The position numbers and the translations under genes are program-made. From Sulfolobales archaeon (GTDB taxonomy: Archaea > Thermoproteota > Thermoprotei_A > Sulfolobales > AG1), in NCBI GenBank assembly GCA_038867615.1, contig JAWBYA010000006.1, positions 33,562 through 97,561 of the forward strand: 64,000 nucleotides of DNA. The letters run 5' to 3'. The notes under the pieces were generated by a model. It worked only from the letters and a program-made list of their open reading frames with translations. It had not been told where the DNA came from and did no database searches. This document shows, piece by piece, positions 20,754 through 30,537 of this stretch (position 1 is its first letter; each line of letters begins with the position of its first letter).

Positions 20754-23471
20754 CTACCTCATATAATCAAGTAACTTTCTTTGTTTATAAATATGTTGCT
20801 CGGAACCGATCTCAGATATGATCTTCTCTTTCCCAGATAAAAATCCATCCAAGAGCTTCTTCTCCTTGCTTTCAGGAGGCAATGTCTCAGAGATTGCCTG
20901 AGCAACCCTATAGAATACATCCCTCATACCCCATCCAGTTTCAACAAGCACATTCTTTAATTCCTCACTCTTCCCCTCTCTCCATAATATGAGGACACGG
21001 TGCAACACATCTATGAGTTCATTGGTCTTTATTTCATCAAGCCTTCTATCCTGAGGACCTAAAACTCTTATGAACTCTTTCTCCTTCCTGATAAAACCTC
21101 TATTCCATTCAGAAGCTAGATCAACCCCGACTCCTTGAGCAAGCTTTCTCGCATCATCGAAATGAACGACCTGCTCCCCATAAGTCCATCTCCAGAGAAT
21201 ATAAAACTTCGTTAAAGGTGAAAGCTCCCCAGCAATTCCATTATGAAGCACTTGCCTAACAACATAATCTGTAACTATAGACCTCACAAACTCCAATAAT
21301 TTATCTGCTTTCACAACATTACCTTCAAGATCCTTAACCTCTTTATACCTTCCAAAAACCTCTATAGCAGATCCTATCGCAGCAATGAAATAATCCGCAC
21401 CAGAAATCCCCTCTTTCCACAGCCTTTCAAGCTTCTCATAAAGCCTCTTCCTGATCTCCTCCTTTACCTCATTATACCACCCAACATCCTCCTTCGGAGC
21501 CTTGTGAGCCACAAAGTAAATAGAGGAAGCTAAAGCTGCAGACTCCCTAGCCCTTAATCTAGCTTGCATCTCAGTATGTATAGGCCATGAAGCCGTAATA
21601 ACAAGACCAGATTCTAACAAAGAATTTATCAAAGCCTCCCAACCAGAAGTAGATTTATGAGTATAAACTATTGTTGCCACACCATTCGGCTTCAACACCC
21701 TATAAATTTCCTTGAAAGCCTTCTTTAAACCTTCTTCAAAATACCGCTTAGCCTCCTCCCATGTCCTGTTAATTGTATAAGCAACGATCTCCTCTGATTT
21801 AGGAGTTAAAGGTGTGGCGAACAAATCCGGATATAAATCTCCAATACTTCTTTTAAGCCAAACATAGAAGAAATCAGACAAGTAGGAATAAGGAACATTA
21901 TCGTAATATGGAGGATCTGTAAAGACTGCATCAAAGTAGTTATCTGGATAGGGAAGAGAGGTAGCAGAAAATTGGGATACTGCAGCTGGAAAATTATTTA
22001 TTCTAGAAACATTATCAATTACTCTTAAAATCTGTCTATGCATGCTTTCAAAAGTACCACTTAACACGGGTGAAAATAAATTCAACTCTCCATAATCCCA
22101 CATCATTGGCAAAGCTTGTCTAGCAAAGGTATTTGGTATAAACTCCCATTGAGGATGCCACTTGCAAATAGTACTTTCGAAATCTGCCATCCTGCTAACG
22201 ATCAATCCTAAATAACTTACTACTGCCTTTGCATATTCTTTATCGTATCCTTCCTCGATCATCTTTTGGTAAGCTATTCTCACTTTTTCTGTGAATGTTA
22301 TTAGAGCGAGTTTCTGACGAGAGTTGAAAAGATCGCCGTAGGTATTTAGACCAAAATTTCTAACAGAGAACGCTCTTTCAGCCCCTTTTCCTTTGCCCTC
22401 TGGTGTAGGTTCATCAGGTATAGGATCTATTCCCCATTCTTCCATCAACTTGGCCCTCTTTTCTTCAAGGTATTCCTCTGCCTCTCTATATGCTTCTAAA
22501 TCTTTTTCTGTTGCAATTCTATAGAATTTTCCCTTAGTTTTTGGGTTATAGAGAACTACTGCTATCATTCTTTGTCCTGCTTTTCCTTGTTGGAATAGTC
22601 TTCTCACGGTTTTGTCGTCGATCATAGTGCCACATACCAAGCATCGTGCTTTTGCCCCTTTTACGGTTCCTTTTGATGGATCGAAATCTTCAGGGAAAGG
22701 TTTCTCTTGTCCGACTATTTCGAACTCTATCCTTCCGTCTTTGATGTATGGTTTTAAAGCTATTTTTCTATTGCTCTTTTTTGCGAGCCAGAATTGTCTC
22801 ATTAGGGGAATTTGTGCTCCGCAATTTGGATTTTGACATGGAATAGCTCTCGCCCAGATATAGCCGACGGGTATTGATCCGTCTTCATCTTTGGGATAAA
22901 ATCTTTCAAGTTCCTTCTTTGCTTCATTGAGAACCCATTCTCCCCATTTTTTAACATCTTCGAGTAGAGGGTTCTTTCTTGTTTTAAGCCAGCCTTCTTT
23001 CGCTTTTTCTAGGTTTCCGTATTTCTGTGGATACTCCAGTGTGCACTTTAAAATCAGGACAGCAACAGGGTTATACTCGCCCGCATAGGTTTCTAGGCCA
23101 AGCCTTAAACACTCAAGCGGTATAGAGCCTCCGCCTGCGAATGGATCTAGAACCTTAAGGGTTTTCCCACCGTTTGCTTCTAAAATATCTTTTCTCGCCT
23201 TATCAATAATTACAGAGTTTAAAGAGTTCTCCCACTTCGAGAGCTCTATTATGAACCGCTTCTTTCTCTCATACTCTGAATCATCTTTTGGAGCCGGAAT
23301 TAGAGCTGCATAGCTAGTTGCTCTAGAAGCTGCTAGGGGTCTTCTAGCCCACCAAATGTGGAGGGTAGAGATATGTCCATGCCTGATATTTTTCTCTCTA
23401 ACAGATTCCCTGCTTACCTCCTTTATCGGAAAACCAACATCGATAAATCTTTTTTGAACCATAATACTCAC
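20754..23471 (-). CDS. DUF1156 adenine DNA methyltransferase with Zn ribbon
   Basis: LHIWWARRPL, motif I DPFAGGGS, CQNPNC...CLVC and motif IV TDPPYY. Confidence 0.93.
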   Translation of the reverse strand: MSIMVQKRFIDVGFPIKEVSRESVREKNIRHGHISTLHIWWARRPLAASRATSYAALIPAPKDDSEYERKKRFIIELSKWENSLNSVIIDKARKDILEANGGKTLKVLDPFAGGGSIPLECLRLGLETYAGEYNPVAVLILKCTLEYPQKYGNLEKAKEGWLKTRKNPLLEDVKKWGEWVLNEAKKELERFYPKDEDGSIPVGYIWARAIPCQNPNCGAQIPLMRQFWLAKKSNRKIALKPYIKDGRIEFEIVGQEKPFPEDFDPSKGTVKGAKARCLVCGTMIDDKTVRRLFQQGKAGQRMIAVVLYNPKTKGKFYRIATEKDLEAYREAEEYLEEKRAKLMEEWGIDPIPDEPTPEGKGKGAERAFSVRNFGLNTYGDLFNSRQKLALITFTEKVRIAYQKMIEEGYDKEYAKAVVSYLGLIVSRMADFESTICKWHPQWEFIPNTFARQALPMMWDYGELNLFSPVLSGTFESMHRQILRVIDNVSRINNFPAAVSQFSATSLPYPDNYFDAVFTDPPYYDNVPYSYLSDFFYVWLKRSIGDLYPDLFATPLTPKSEEIVAYTINRTWEEAKRYFEEGLKKAFKEIYRVLKPNGVATIVYTHKSTSGWEALINSLLESGLVITASWPIHTEMQARLRARESAALASSIYFVAHKAPKEDVGWYNEVKEEIRKRLYEKLERLWKEGISGADYFIAAIGSAIEVFGRYKEVKDLEGNVVKADKLLEFVRSIVTDYVVRQVLHNGIAGELSPLTKFYILWRWTYGEQVVHFDDARKLAQGVGVDLASEWNRGFIRKEKEFIRVLGPQDRRLDEIKTNELIDVLHRVLILWREGKSEELKNVLVETGWGMRDVFYRVAQAISETLPPESKEKKLLDGFLSGKEKIISEIGSEQHIYKQRKLLDYMR

Positions 23472-24070
23472 CTCGGTATCTTTAAAATCACCTTGAGAAC
23501 ATTCCTCCTCCGCCTGACTTCTTCTTTATAAAGAAGGGGATTTAGCTTTTTCCTGCAATACCCTGGTAGAGAGTTTAAGGTGATATCAGCTTCATATTGA
23601 TAGGACGTTGAAAAGGGAGAGAAGAACTCGAACTTCCTATTTTCGTAAAACTTAGTTGCAAGATATACGAGTGGAAGATCGAAGCCCTCGATCAGCTCGC
23701 TAATCGTTCTAACATAACCCTCTATGATTCTATTTTCAAGCTCCGCAGCGAAAATATGCCATAAAACCAAGCTATCAAATCCAAATAAGCCGAAAGATAA
23801 AGCCTGTTCAAGGCCCCTATATGGATTTCCTTTAACATTCTTGAAATACTCCACCTCCGCTCCGACAAGCAAAACCTCTCCGGAATCAAGGAATACAAAA
23901 ATCAAATCAACCTCTTGACGGGGAGGTAGTTCGCCTTCCCACCAGCTTGACCATATATCTTTAAACCGCTTTGTTGCTAAATTCACTTTCGCAAAAACCT
24001 TCTTTAATGTTAGAGGCTTCTTTTCCTCAAAGAGGTTCTTTAACAGATCTAGAAGTTGTTTTTCATCCAT
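23468..24070 (-). CDS. Hypothetical protein, possible PD-(D/E)XK-fold
   Basis: EVDLIF...GAEVEYF...GLEQALSF resembles a D...ExK nuclease signature with K replaced by E. It overlaps the methylase start. Confidence 0.6.
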   Translation of the reverse strand: MDEKQLLDLLKNLFEEKKPLTLKKVFAKVNLATKRFKDIWSSWWEGELPPRQEVDLIFVFLDSGEVLLVGAEVEYFKNVKGNPYRGLEQALSFGLFGFDSLVLWHIFAAELENRIIEGYVRTISELIEGFDLPLVYLATKFYENRKFEFFSPFSTSYQYEADITLNSLPGYCRKKLNPLLYKEEVRRRRNVLKVILKIPR

Positions 24071-24081
24071 CTCTTTTAGAT

Positions 24082-27000
24082 CTATGCTCTCACCCCCTTA
24101 TTGATTAGCTCATCTAATGGGATTAAGAATCTTACAACCTCTATTCTCTCTTCATACTTCAAATTCTCAGCAGGGTTGTTTATGATTATCAGTTCGGGTT
24201 TTTTAGCTGCATTAAGAACAACGTATAACCAATACTGCTCTTTGAATCTTCTAGCCTTGAACCACTCATTCTGAGTCAAAGCTACAGGGCCTATACCAGC
24301 TCTTGCCTTCACTTCGATATACCTTATCTCATTTTTCCCTCTAGATCTTATGTCAAAACCTAGATTCTCTTTTGAAACATCTTCGGGCTCTCTACCTTGT
24401 CTCCTCTCGTATTCCATAGCTATCTGCATACCGATCCTCTCAACCTCTTCGTCCGAAACCATCTCAGGGGCTTTAATCACGGGTTTAACATAGATCGCAC
24501 CTACGAATCTAGGCATCGAGATCGTTAAAGAAGTCTCCTTATCGATCTCTAGTTTTAAGTTTCTCAAGGCCTCCTCATACCGTTTCTTCCTCTCCTCCTT
24601 ATTCCTTATTGCTATCTCTACCTTTTCTCCTCTGGCTTGCCTCTCATAGAGTTCTGCGAGATCAGCGTCCAGCTCGCTTATAAGATATTGTAGAGATCTA
24701 ACACCATACCTTTTCTTAACCTCAGCCTGTCTCGATCGCTCTAAAAGAATTTCTCCTTTGTATCTTTCTGCTATCCTAATCACATTCTTTTCTACTTCCT
24801 CCTTCGACCTAACGGGTTTCTCAACATTTATACCACCCTTCTCCTTAGACGGAACTAGATCCCATATTATTGCAGGGTTAACCTCTTGTAAGTTTTCACC
24901 ATTATCATAGACTGTAATGAGCTTTTTACCCGCCACCTCCCCTTTTCCATCCCTAACTTCTACCTCGAAGAACCAGAGAATCCCATTATATCTCCCAGAA
25001 GGATCCTCAAAAACCGCTCCTCTCCTGAGTTTATGAGAGAAATTCTTCTCTATCCACTCAAGCAGGGCTTCGAGGAGCGGGTGGCCAAAAGAAATGAACT
25101 CCGCATCAGGGTTTTTGAAGGCTAATTCTTTATCGAACGTTACCTTCGGGTACTCCTTCAACACTATTCCATATTTGTTCTTAAAGTTAACATCGTCTGC
25201 CAACTTTCTTATTTCATAAGGTACAGACTCTATCGCGAGGAAACCATCTTTACGCACTCTGAACTTTCCACCAGCAAGCTCCATTGCTTTTTTAAAGAAT
25301 TCTTCCACATATTCAGGTATCAACCTATATTCTTTCGCTTTTTCAGCCATTTCCCTAATCCTTGTATAATCAATATGCCTTGTCGCTAAGCTTTCGCCAA
25401 GAGCTTCTTTGATTTTTCGAATGTAATTTTCATCGATTTTAACATCCAGCTCTTTAATTATCTCGTCAATGCTCCGCGTATTCGCAACAGCCTCTAGGAT
25501 TAACTGGTACAGGTTTTTGCCATAGAATATATCTCCAATCACGTCAAAGACTTTATCGCTTCCCAGAGCCCTTCTTATTTCATCGAGCTTGTCAAGGAGC
25601 TTTATCAGGACTTTCCCTTCCCTAGTGTTCTCAGCTACAAGGTTAAAGACATAAACATCTTTCTGCTGCCCATACCTATGGATCCTTCCCATCCTTTGCT
25701 CAAGCCTATTAGGATTCCATGGTATATCGTAATTGATCATTAAATGACAGAACTGCAGGTTGATACCTTCGCCGCCCGCTTCTGTAGACACCATAATCTG
25801 CGTCTTATCTCTAAAAATCTTCTCTGCACGTATTCTCTCTTCAAGGCTCATCCCGCCATGCATATAATTAACCAAGTAACCCCAGCTTTGTAATTTCTTC
25901 ACCAAATACTCCATGGTATCCTTGGATTCAGTGAAAATCAGGATCTTCTCATTCCCACCGATCTCCCTTATCTTCTTAAAGCCCTCTTCGATAGCCTTTT
26001 TTAGCTCCTGAAGCTTAACCTCACATTCCTCTCTAATAATCTCCTCAGCTTTTTTGATCAAGTTATCGATGGTCTCAATTTCCCTTCTTAACTCCTGCTT
26101 GTTCGCAGCAATACTTACCGTCTCCCACCTTTTTTCATGCTCCCATCTCTCCTTCTCTTCGTAATCCTCAACCTCCTCTAAATCAACTTCTATCTCCTCT
26201 TTGGGAAGCTCGGATTTCTCTAATAGCTCTTCCAAACGCTGCTTTCTCCTTTTAAGGGATTTCAGCAACGCATAGGTGCTCGAAGCCATTCTGCGTTGTA
26301 GTATTAGTAATGCAAAAGCTATATTCCTTCTCCTTTTCTCCTGTATCCTTTCTAACGCAAGGTTATACTGTGTGATCACGTATTTCGATAATTCGTTATA
26401 GAGCTCTGTCTCCTTATCCGAGAGGATGAACTTTATAGTTTTAGGATAGCGATTCGTAAAAATCGGCCTGCCTTCAAAATCCCGTAAGTCCTCTTTCATT
26501 CTCCTAATGAATAAAGGGTTGTCTTTGTTCTTCAAAGATTCATATATCAAATCGGTTGTTGCGAAAAACCCAGGACTTAGAAGGTCTAGGAAAAGCCTGA
26601 AGTTCTCAGGATCTCCCTTATGTGGGGTAGCCGTAAGAAAGAGAAGATTAGATGCATTCCTCGATAATACCTCACCAAGCTTATATCTTTCAGTCTTTGA
26701 GATTTTATCACCATATTTATATGCCGCCATCTTATGGGCTTCATCTACTATCACTAAGTCCCAATCAACATTCTGAAGAGAAAGCAATATATCATCCTGT
26801 TTCGCAAAATCCATCGATGTGATAACCTGGTTCTCCCTCTCCCACGGGTTTTCCCCATAATGTGCATAGAAAGAACTTCTGTCAATTATCGTAAAATGTT
26901 CGTGAAACTTTTCCTTCAGCTCTCTCAACCACTGATCCTTGAGATGACCGGGAACAACTATCAAAGTGCGATTAACAACACCTCTAAGTTTAAGCTCCTT

Positions 27001-27420
27001 ATGAACAAGCCCTGCCATGATTGTCTTACCAGCTCCCGGATCGTCTGCTAAAAGGAACCTAACCTTCGGCAATTTAAGAATATACCCATAAACCGCCTCT
27101 ATCTGAAATGGGAGAGGATCTATTTTTGATACATTCATTGCTAAAAGAGGGTCGAACAATGATGCAAACCTATACCTTTCAGCCTCAATCGCTAAAAAAG
27201 CCTCTTCTGAAGGGGTTGAGAAATCTAATGAAACATCTTCCACCTCCAGCTTTTCATAATCGCTCTTCGATATCAATTGATCTACGAATCTTCGAGAATG
27301 AAGAGTAACCCCAATAACACGGACATATTCATCTATCTCCTCGATCTTCTTGACTTCTATTGGTTCAGGCCAGAGAGGTCCCTTAACAATCGACCCCTCC
27401 TTAATTATTTGATGCATCAT
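24082..27420 (-). CDS. SNF2-family helicase with C-terminal DUF3883 nuclease domain
   Basis: LLADDPGAGKT, DEAH, TATPH, QRMGRIHRYGQ and C-terminal GFDIRS...IEVKAR. Start placed at ATG 27420 after a GTGAGG SD. Confidence 0.93.
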   Translation of the reverse strand: MMHQIIKEGSIVKGPLWPEPIEVKKIEEIDEYVRVIGVTLHSRRFVDQLISKSDYEKLEVEDVSLDFSTPSEEAFLAIEAERYRFASLFDPLLAMNVSKIDPLPFQIEAVYGYILKLPKVRFLLADDPGAGKTIMAGLVHKELKLRGVVNRTLIVVPGHLKDQWLRELKEKFHEHFTIIDRSSFYAHYGENPWERENQVITSMDFAKQDDILLSLQNVDWDLVIVDEAHKMAAYKYGDKISKTERYKLGEVLSRNASNLLFLTATPHKGDPENFRLFLDLLSPGFFATTDLIYESLKNKDNPLFIRRMKEDLRDFEGRPIFTNRYPKTIKFILSDKETELYNELSKYVITQYNLALERIQEKRRRNIAFALLILQRRMASSTYALLKSLKRRKQRLEELLEKSELPKEEIEVDLEEVEDYEEKERWEHEKRWETVSIAANKQELRREIETIDNLIKKAEEIIREECEVKLQELKKAIEEGFKKIREIGGNEKILIFTESKDTMEYLVKKLQSWGYLVNYMHGGMSLEERIRAEKIFRDKTQIMVSTEAGGEGINLQFCHLMINYDIPWNPNRLEQRMGRIHRYGQQKDVYVFNLVAENTREGKVLIKLLDKLDEIRRALGSDKVFDVIGDIFYGKNLYQLILEAVANTRSIDEIIKELDVKIDENYIRKIKEALGESLATRHIDYTRIREMAEKAKEYRLIPEYVEEFFKKAMELAGGKFRVRKDGFLAIESVPYEIRKLADDVNFKNKYGIVLKEYPKVTFDKELAFKNPDAEFISFGHPLLEALLEWIEKNFSHKLRRGAVFEDPSGRYNGILWFFEVEVRDGKGEVAGKKLITVYDNGENLQEVNPAIIWDLVPSKEKGGINVEKPVRSKEEVEKNVIRIAERYKGEILLERSRQAEVKKRYGVRSLQYLISELDADLAELYERQARGEKVEIAIRNKEERKKRYEEALRNLKLEIDKETSLTISMPRFVGAIYVKPVIKAPEMVSDEEVERIGMQIAMEYERRQGREPEDVSKENLGFDIRSRGKNEIRYIEVKARAGIGPVALTQNEWFKARRFKEQYWLYVVLNAAKKPELIIINNPAENLKYEERIEVVRFLIPLDELINKGVRA

Positions 27421-27498
27421 TTTCCTCACTCTATAATAACATGAGGATAATATATCATTAATTATTATCAATAAATTAACAACAAAAATCTTTACCAA

Positions 27499-27543
27499 AG
27501 CAGACTTGCAGAGATTCGAGCCCTAGACCGCCGACTTAGAAGG
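27499..27543 (-). repeat. Degenerate direct repeat of the tRNA-Arg 3' half (att-site relic)
   Basis: 34/45 nt identical to 30377-30421, ungapped, running from the anticodon loop to the 3' end. Confidence 0.8.
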
Positions 27544-28696
27544 AGTATTTTAAGCCTCAGTCTATATGAGACTATAAACCAGTTGGATTAGGATGTTGTA
27601 TAGCAGGGGAAAGCGTTATGTGAAGGCATATTTCGCAATAAACATGGATGCTTAGGGGTTATAGGTTATTAAAGGTATATATAGCTAGAAGGTTAGATCG
27701 GCTATAACCAGTGATAGCTCTAATTAGGGGTTCTGCGGAGCTGTTTCTTACTTAGAGGTCTTTCCATTTTGTGGTTAGTGTGGCGGCTAGGATGAAGATT
27801 GCTGATAGGGTTGCTAGTATTATGAATGGTGTTAGTGCTGCTTCTGGTTTTTGGAGGATGAGGGTTTGTCTTAATCCTTCGCTGAAGTAGTAGAGGGGTA
27901 GTGTTTGGGCGATTTGCTGCATATATCCTGGCATGATTTCTAGGGGCCAGAAGGAGCCGGATAGGAACATCATTGGGAAGGCTATTGTGTTGCCTAGTGC
28001 TGTGGCAGCCTCTACATCTTTAACCAGTCCTCCTAGGAATACTCCCATGCTGCAGAAAGCAATAGAGCCTAGGAGGATTAGGAGTATTGCATATATGTCT
28101 GGGATTGCTTTGATCCCAAAGACAGCCCAGCCCAGGGCTATCATGACCGTCATTAGCATTAATGCTAGTAATGCCTGCACCAATATGTTACCCAGTATCC
28201 ATGTCGGCTTTGAGAGTGGTGTTGCAATCAGTCTCTTCAGAACACCAGTCCTCCTGTATTCCGAGATGTTGGATGTAACCCCTATCAACCCGTTGGTCAT
28301 GATGAAGGCAGCAATATAGCCTGGCAGATAGTAGTCAACAGCCTTAAGTCCTCGCACCTTGACAGCCTCCTGCTCGAGGGAGATGATAGGTGAGGCGCCT
28401 ATCATCCTCTCACCAAACTTAGCAGCTATGTTATCTATAACCCCCCTTATGATCGGGGCAGCCTGGTCGGCAGGGCTGGTTAGAAGGATAAGCCGTGCTG
28501 GTTTAGCTTCAAGGCTTATATTAGCCCTCTCTATCCAAGAGACCCCTTGCTCTAGATACTGGCGCTGAGACTCATTCATATACTGACCAAACCTCTCTAG
28601 AATAAGCTTCATCATACCGAAAGACACCTGGAACCTGACAGCCATATCCGCCTGGATCAGGCTCTTCTCAAAACCCTCAGGTATTATGAGAACACG

Positions 28697-29049
28697 CCAT
28701 AGCCAGCTGTTTCAGGTTTCATGATGGTTTATAGGGGTTGATATTAAACCCGAGTTCTGCAGTAATGGAACATTATATAAGCTCTGAAATATTTATGGAT
28801 ACCCGCCCAACAATGAGGGTAGAGATAGAGACCCAAGTGGGCGGGTTAAAGGTAAAGAGATCCAGGATGTGGGGGTTTCCCCACAGCAGTGAACCAGAGC
28901 AATGCAATGAAGGGGAGCTGTGGGCTGGGGTCACCCCGAACGGGTGGAGGCCAGTGATAAGGGCTCCAATGAAAGGAGCCCTGAGGCCTATGAAGCCAAG
29001 GGCTGAGCGGTTGGTATTTTTATATCAACCGCTATGAAGCCCGAACCCC
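28697..29049 (+). mobile_element. IS607-like non-autonomous element (MITE), copy A, 353 bp
   Basis: Ends CCATAGCCAGCTGTTTC... and ...GCTATGAAGCCCGAACCCC. Near-colinear with 62183-62528, with a CC core at both junctions. Confidence 0.88.
28801..29049 (+). ncRNA. Predicted structured RNA (omega-RNA/reRNA-like) inside MITE copy A
   Basis: TTATATAA at 28773-28780. Stems at 28801-09/28838-46, 28880-87/28917-24, 28961-67/28975-81 and 29007-13/29026-32, with equivalents in copy D. Confidence 0.5.
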
Positions 29050-29352
29050 TGCTCTGAAAACCCGCACCACGTGTCATATATTCTTGAGCATCGATCCCAG
29101 GATCTATCTCTTTTACATTGAACACACTCTGGTTAAGCAGATCTATGAACACCTTTGAGAGCGCCGTGGGCTCGCCATCTGGCTGGCGATCTAGATTCTG
29201 CACCTCCAGCGTGTAGGAAACCTGCTGCTCACCACCAAACACGGTTCCAAAGATGAGCAGAAGCATTGCTGGGAAGAGGAAGCTGAAGAAAACACCAGTC
29301 CTGCTCCTCAACCAGTTCTTGAGAAGCATCTCCACCAGAACCAACAACCCCT

Positions 29353-30294
29353 TCACGCCAGATCACCCGTCTCAGTCAACCTAGCACCCGTTAGCCTTAG
29401 AAAAGCTTCCTCCAACCCGCCATGGGTCATCTCAGCACCGCCAGTATAGCCTGACTCGTAGAGCTTTGAAAGAATCGAAGCCGCTTCCTGGTGCGATAGA
29501 CCACTAACTATAACCCTACCCTCAGGAGTCCTGATCCACTCATAACCCATCCTAGATAGTGTTTCCTCCACATTCTGGCTAGAACCCGATAGGATAAGGC
29601 GGACACCTCTGCTCTCTCTCCGTATTAATCCTTCTACACTATCGAGAGCAACGATCTTACCTTTAAGCATGATAGCTACCCTATCGCTAAGCCTCTCAGC
29701 CTCCTCTAGATAGTGTGTCGTGAGAACCACAGTCTTCCCATAACGCTTAAGAGACTGGATAAACCTCCAAGTCTCCCTCCTAGCATATACATCAAGCCCT
29801 GTTGTGGGCTCGTCCAGAAACACCAACTCAGGATCGCTGACAAGAGCCATGGCTATACCAACACGCCTCTTAAGGCCTCCAGAGAGCTTCATATAGAGCC
29901 TCTTACGATACTCCCACAACCCGAGCTCCTCGAGAAGCCTCTTGAGATCGGGTTTCACACCATATATCGCAGCGATAAGCCTCACATTCTCCTCAACAGT
30001 AAGCCTATCAATAGCATTGAACTCCTGCGGCATCACACCAATGAGGCGCTTGATCTTCCTAACCTGACCCTCATCCCTAACATCATAACCAAACACACGC
30101 ACCTCGCCCGAGGTAGCGGATCTGAGGCAAGCGATTATCTCCACAGTTGTTGTCTTCCCCGCACCATTATGGCCTAGGAGTGAAAAGACCTCCCCCTGCT
30201 TAACGCTGAAACTCACATTATCCACAGCCAACAGGTTTCCATATCTTTTTGTAAGCTGATGAACCTCGATAACATCTCTAGTCATTGTAACCAT
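29353..30294 (-). CDS. ABC-2 (drug exporter type) ATP-binding protein
   Basis: GHNGAGKTT, LSGG, FLDEPT and TTHY. Confidence 0.95.
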   Translation of the reverse strand: MVTMTRDVIEVHQLTKRYGNLLAVDNVSFSVKQGEVFSLLGHNGAGKTTTVEIIACLRSATSGEVRVFGYDVRDEGQVRKIKRLIGVMPQEFNAIDRLTVEENVRLIAAIYGVKPDLKRLLEELGLWEYRKRLYMKLSGGLKRRVGIAMALVSDPELVFLDEPTTGLDVYARRETWRFIQSLKRYGKTVVLTTHYLEEAERLSDRVAIMLKGKIVALDSVEGLIRRESRGVRLILSGSSQNVEETLSRMGYEWIRTPEGRVIVSGLSHQEAASILSKLYESGYTGGAEMTHGGLEEAFLRLTGARLTETGDLA

Positions 30295-30378
30295 CCATCT
30301 TTTAATAACCTATAACAACACGAGGGTAATATATCGATATAGGGAGGTAATGGGGGTTAGGAGCTCTGGATGTTGTAG

Positions 30379-30453
<75 letters not shown>

Positions 30454-30500
30454 TATCATATCTACTTAATAAGAGGTATTAAGCTTCTCACCACAAGGCT

Positions 30501-30537
30501 TTTTAACCTCGGCTAAAATTTTTAGAAGAGGCTAAAA
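30501..30537 (+). promoter_or_regulatory. Two tandem DtxR/MntR-type operator palindromes upstream of mntH
   Basis: TTTTAACCTCGGCTAAAA (30501-18) and TTTTAGAAGAGGCTAAAA (30520-37), close to TTTTAG-N6-CTAAAA. Confidence 0.65.

Larger units (their letters stand above)
27752..29356 (-). pseudogene. ABC-2 type permease interrupted by a MITE
   Basis: Removing 351 bp at 28697-29049 joins ...GFQSR to RVLIIPEGFEKSL... in frame, giving a full ABC-2 permease with FLSGSFWP. Confidence 0.9.

Noticed and set aside
28738-29037. 99-aa ORF inside MITE copy A as a functional protein
   Set aside because: The frame is not preserved in copies B and D. It is better explained as a tnpB-tail remnant or RNA scaffold.
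28697-29049. MITE as an intron removed at RNA level (351 bp, in frame, ends can pair)
   Set aside because: No convincing bulge-helix-bulge at the junctions, copy D is not a multiple of three, and its host gene has decayed further.
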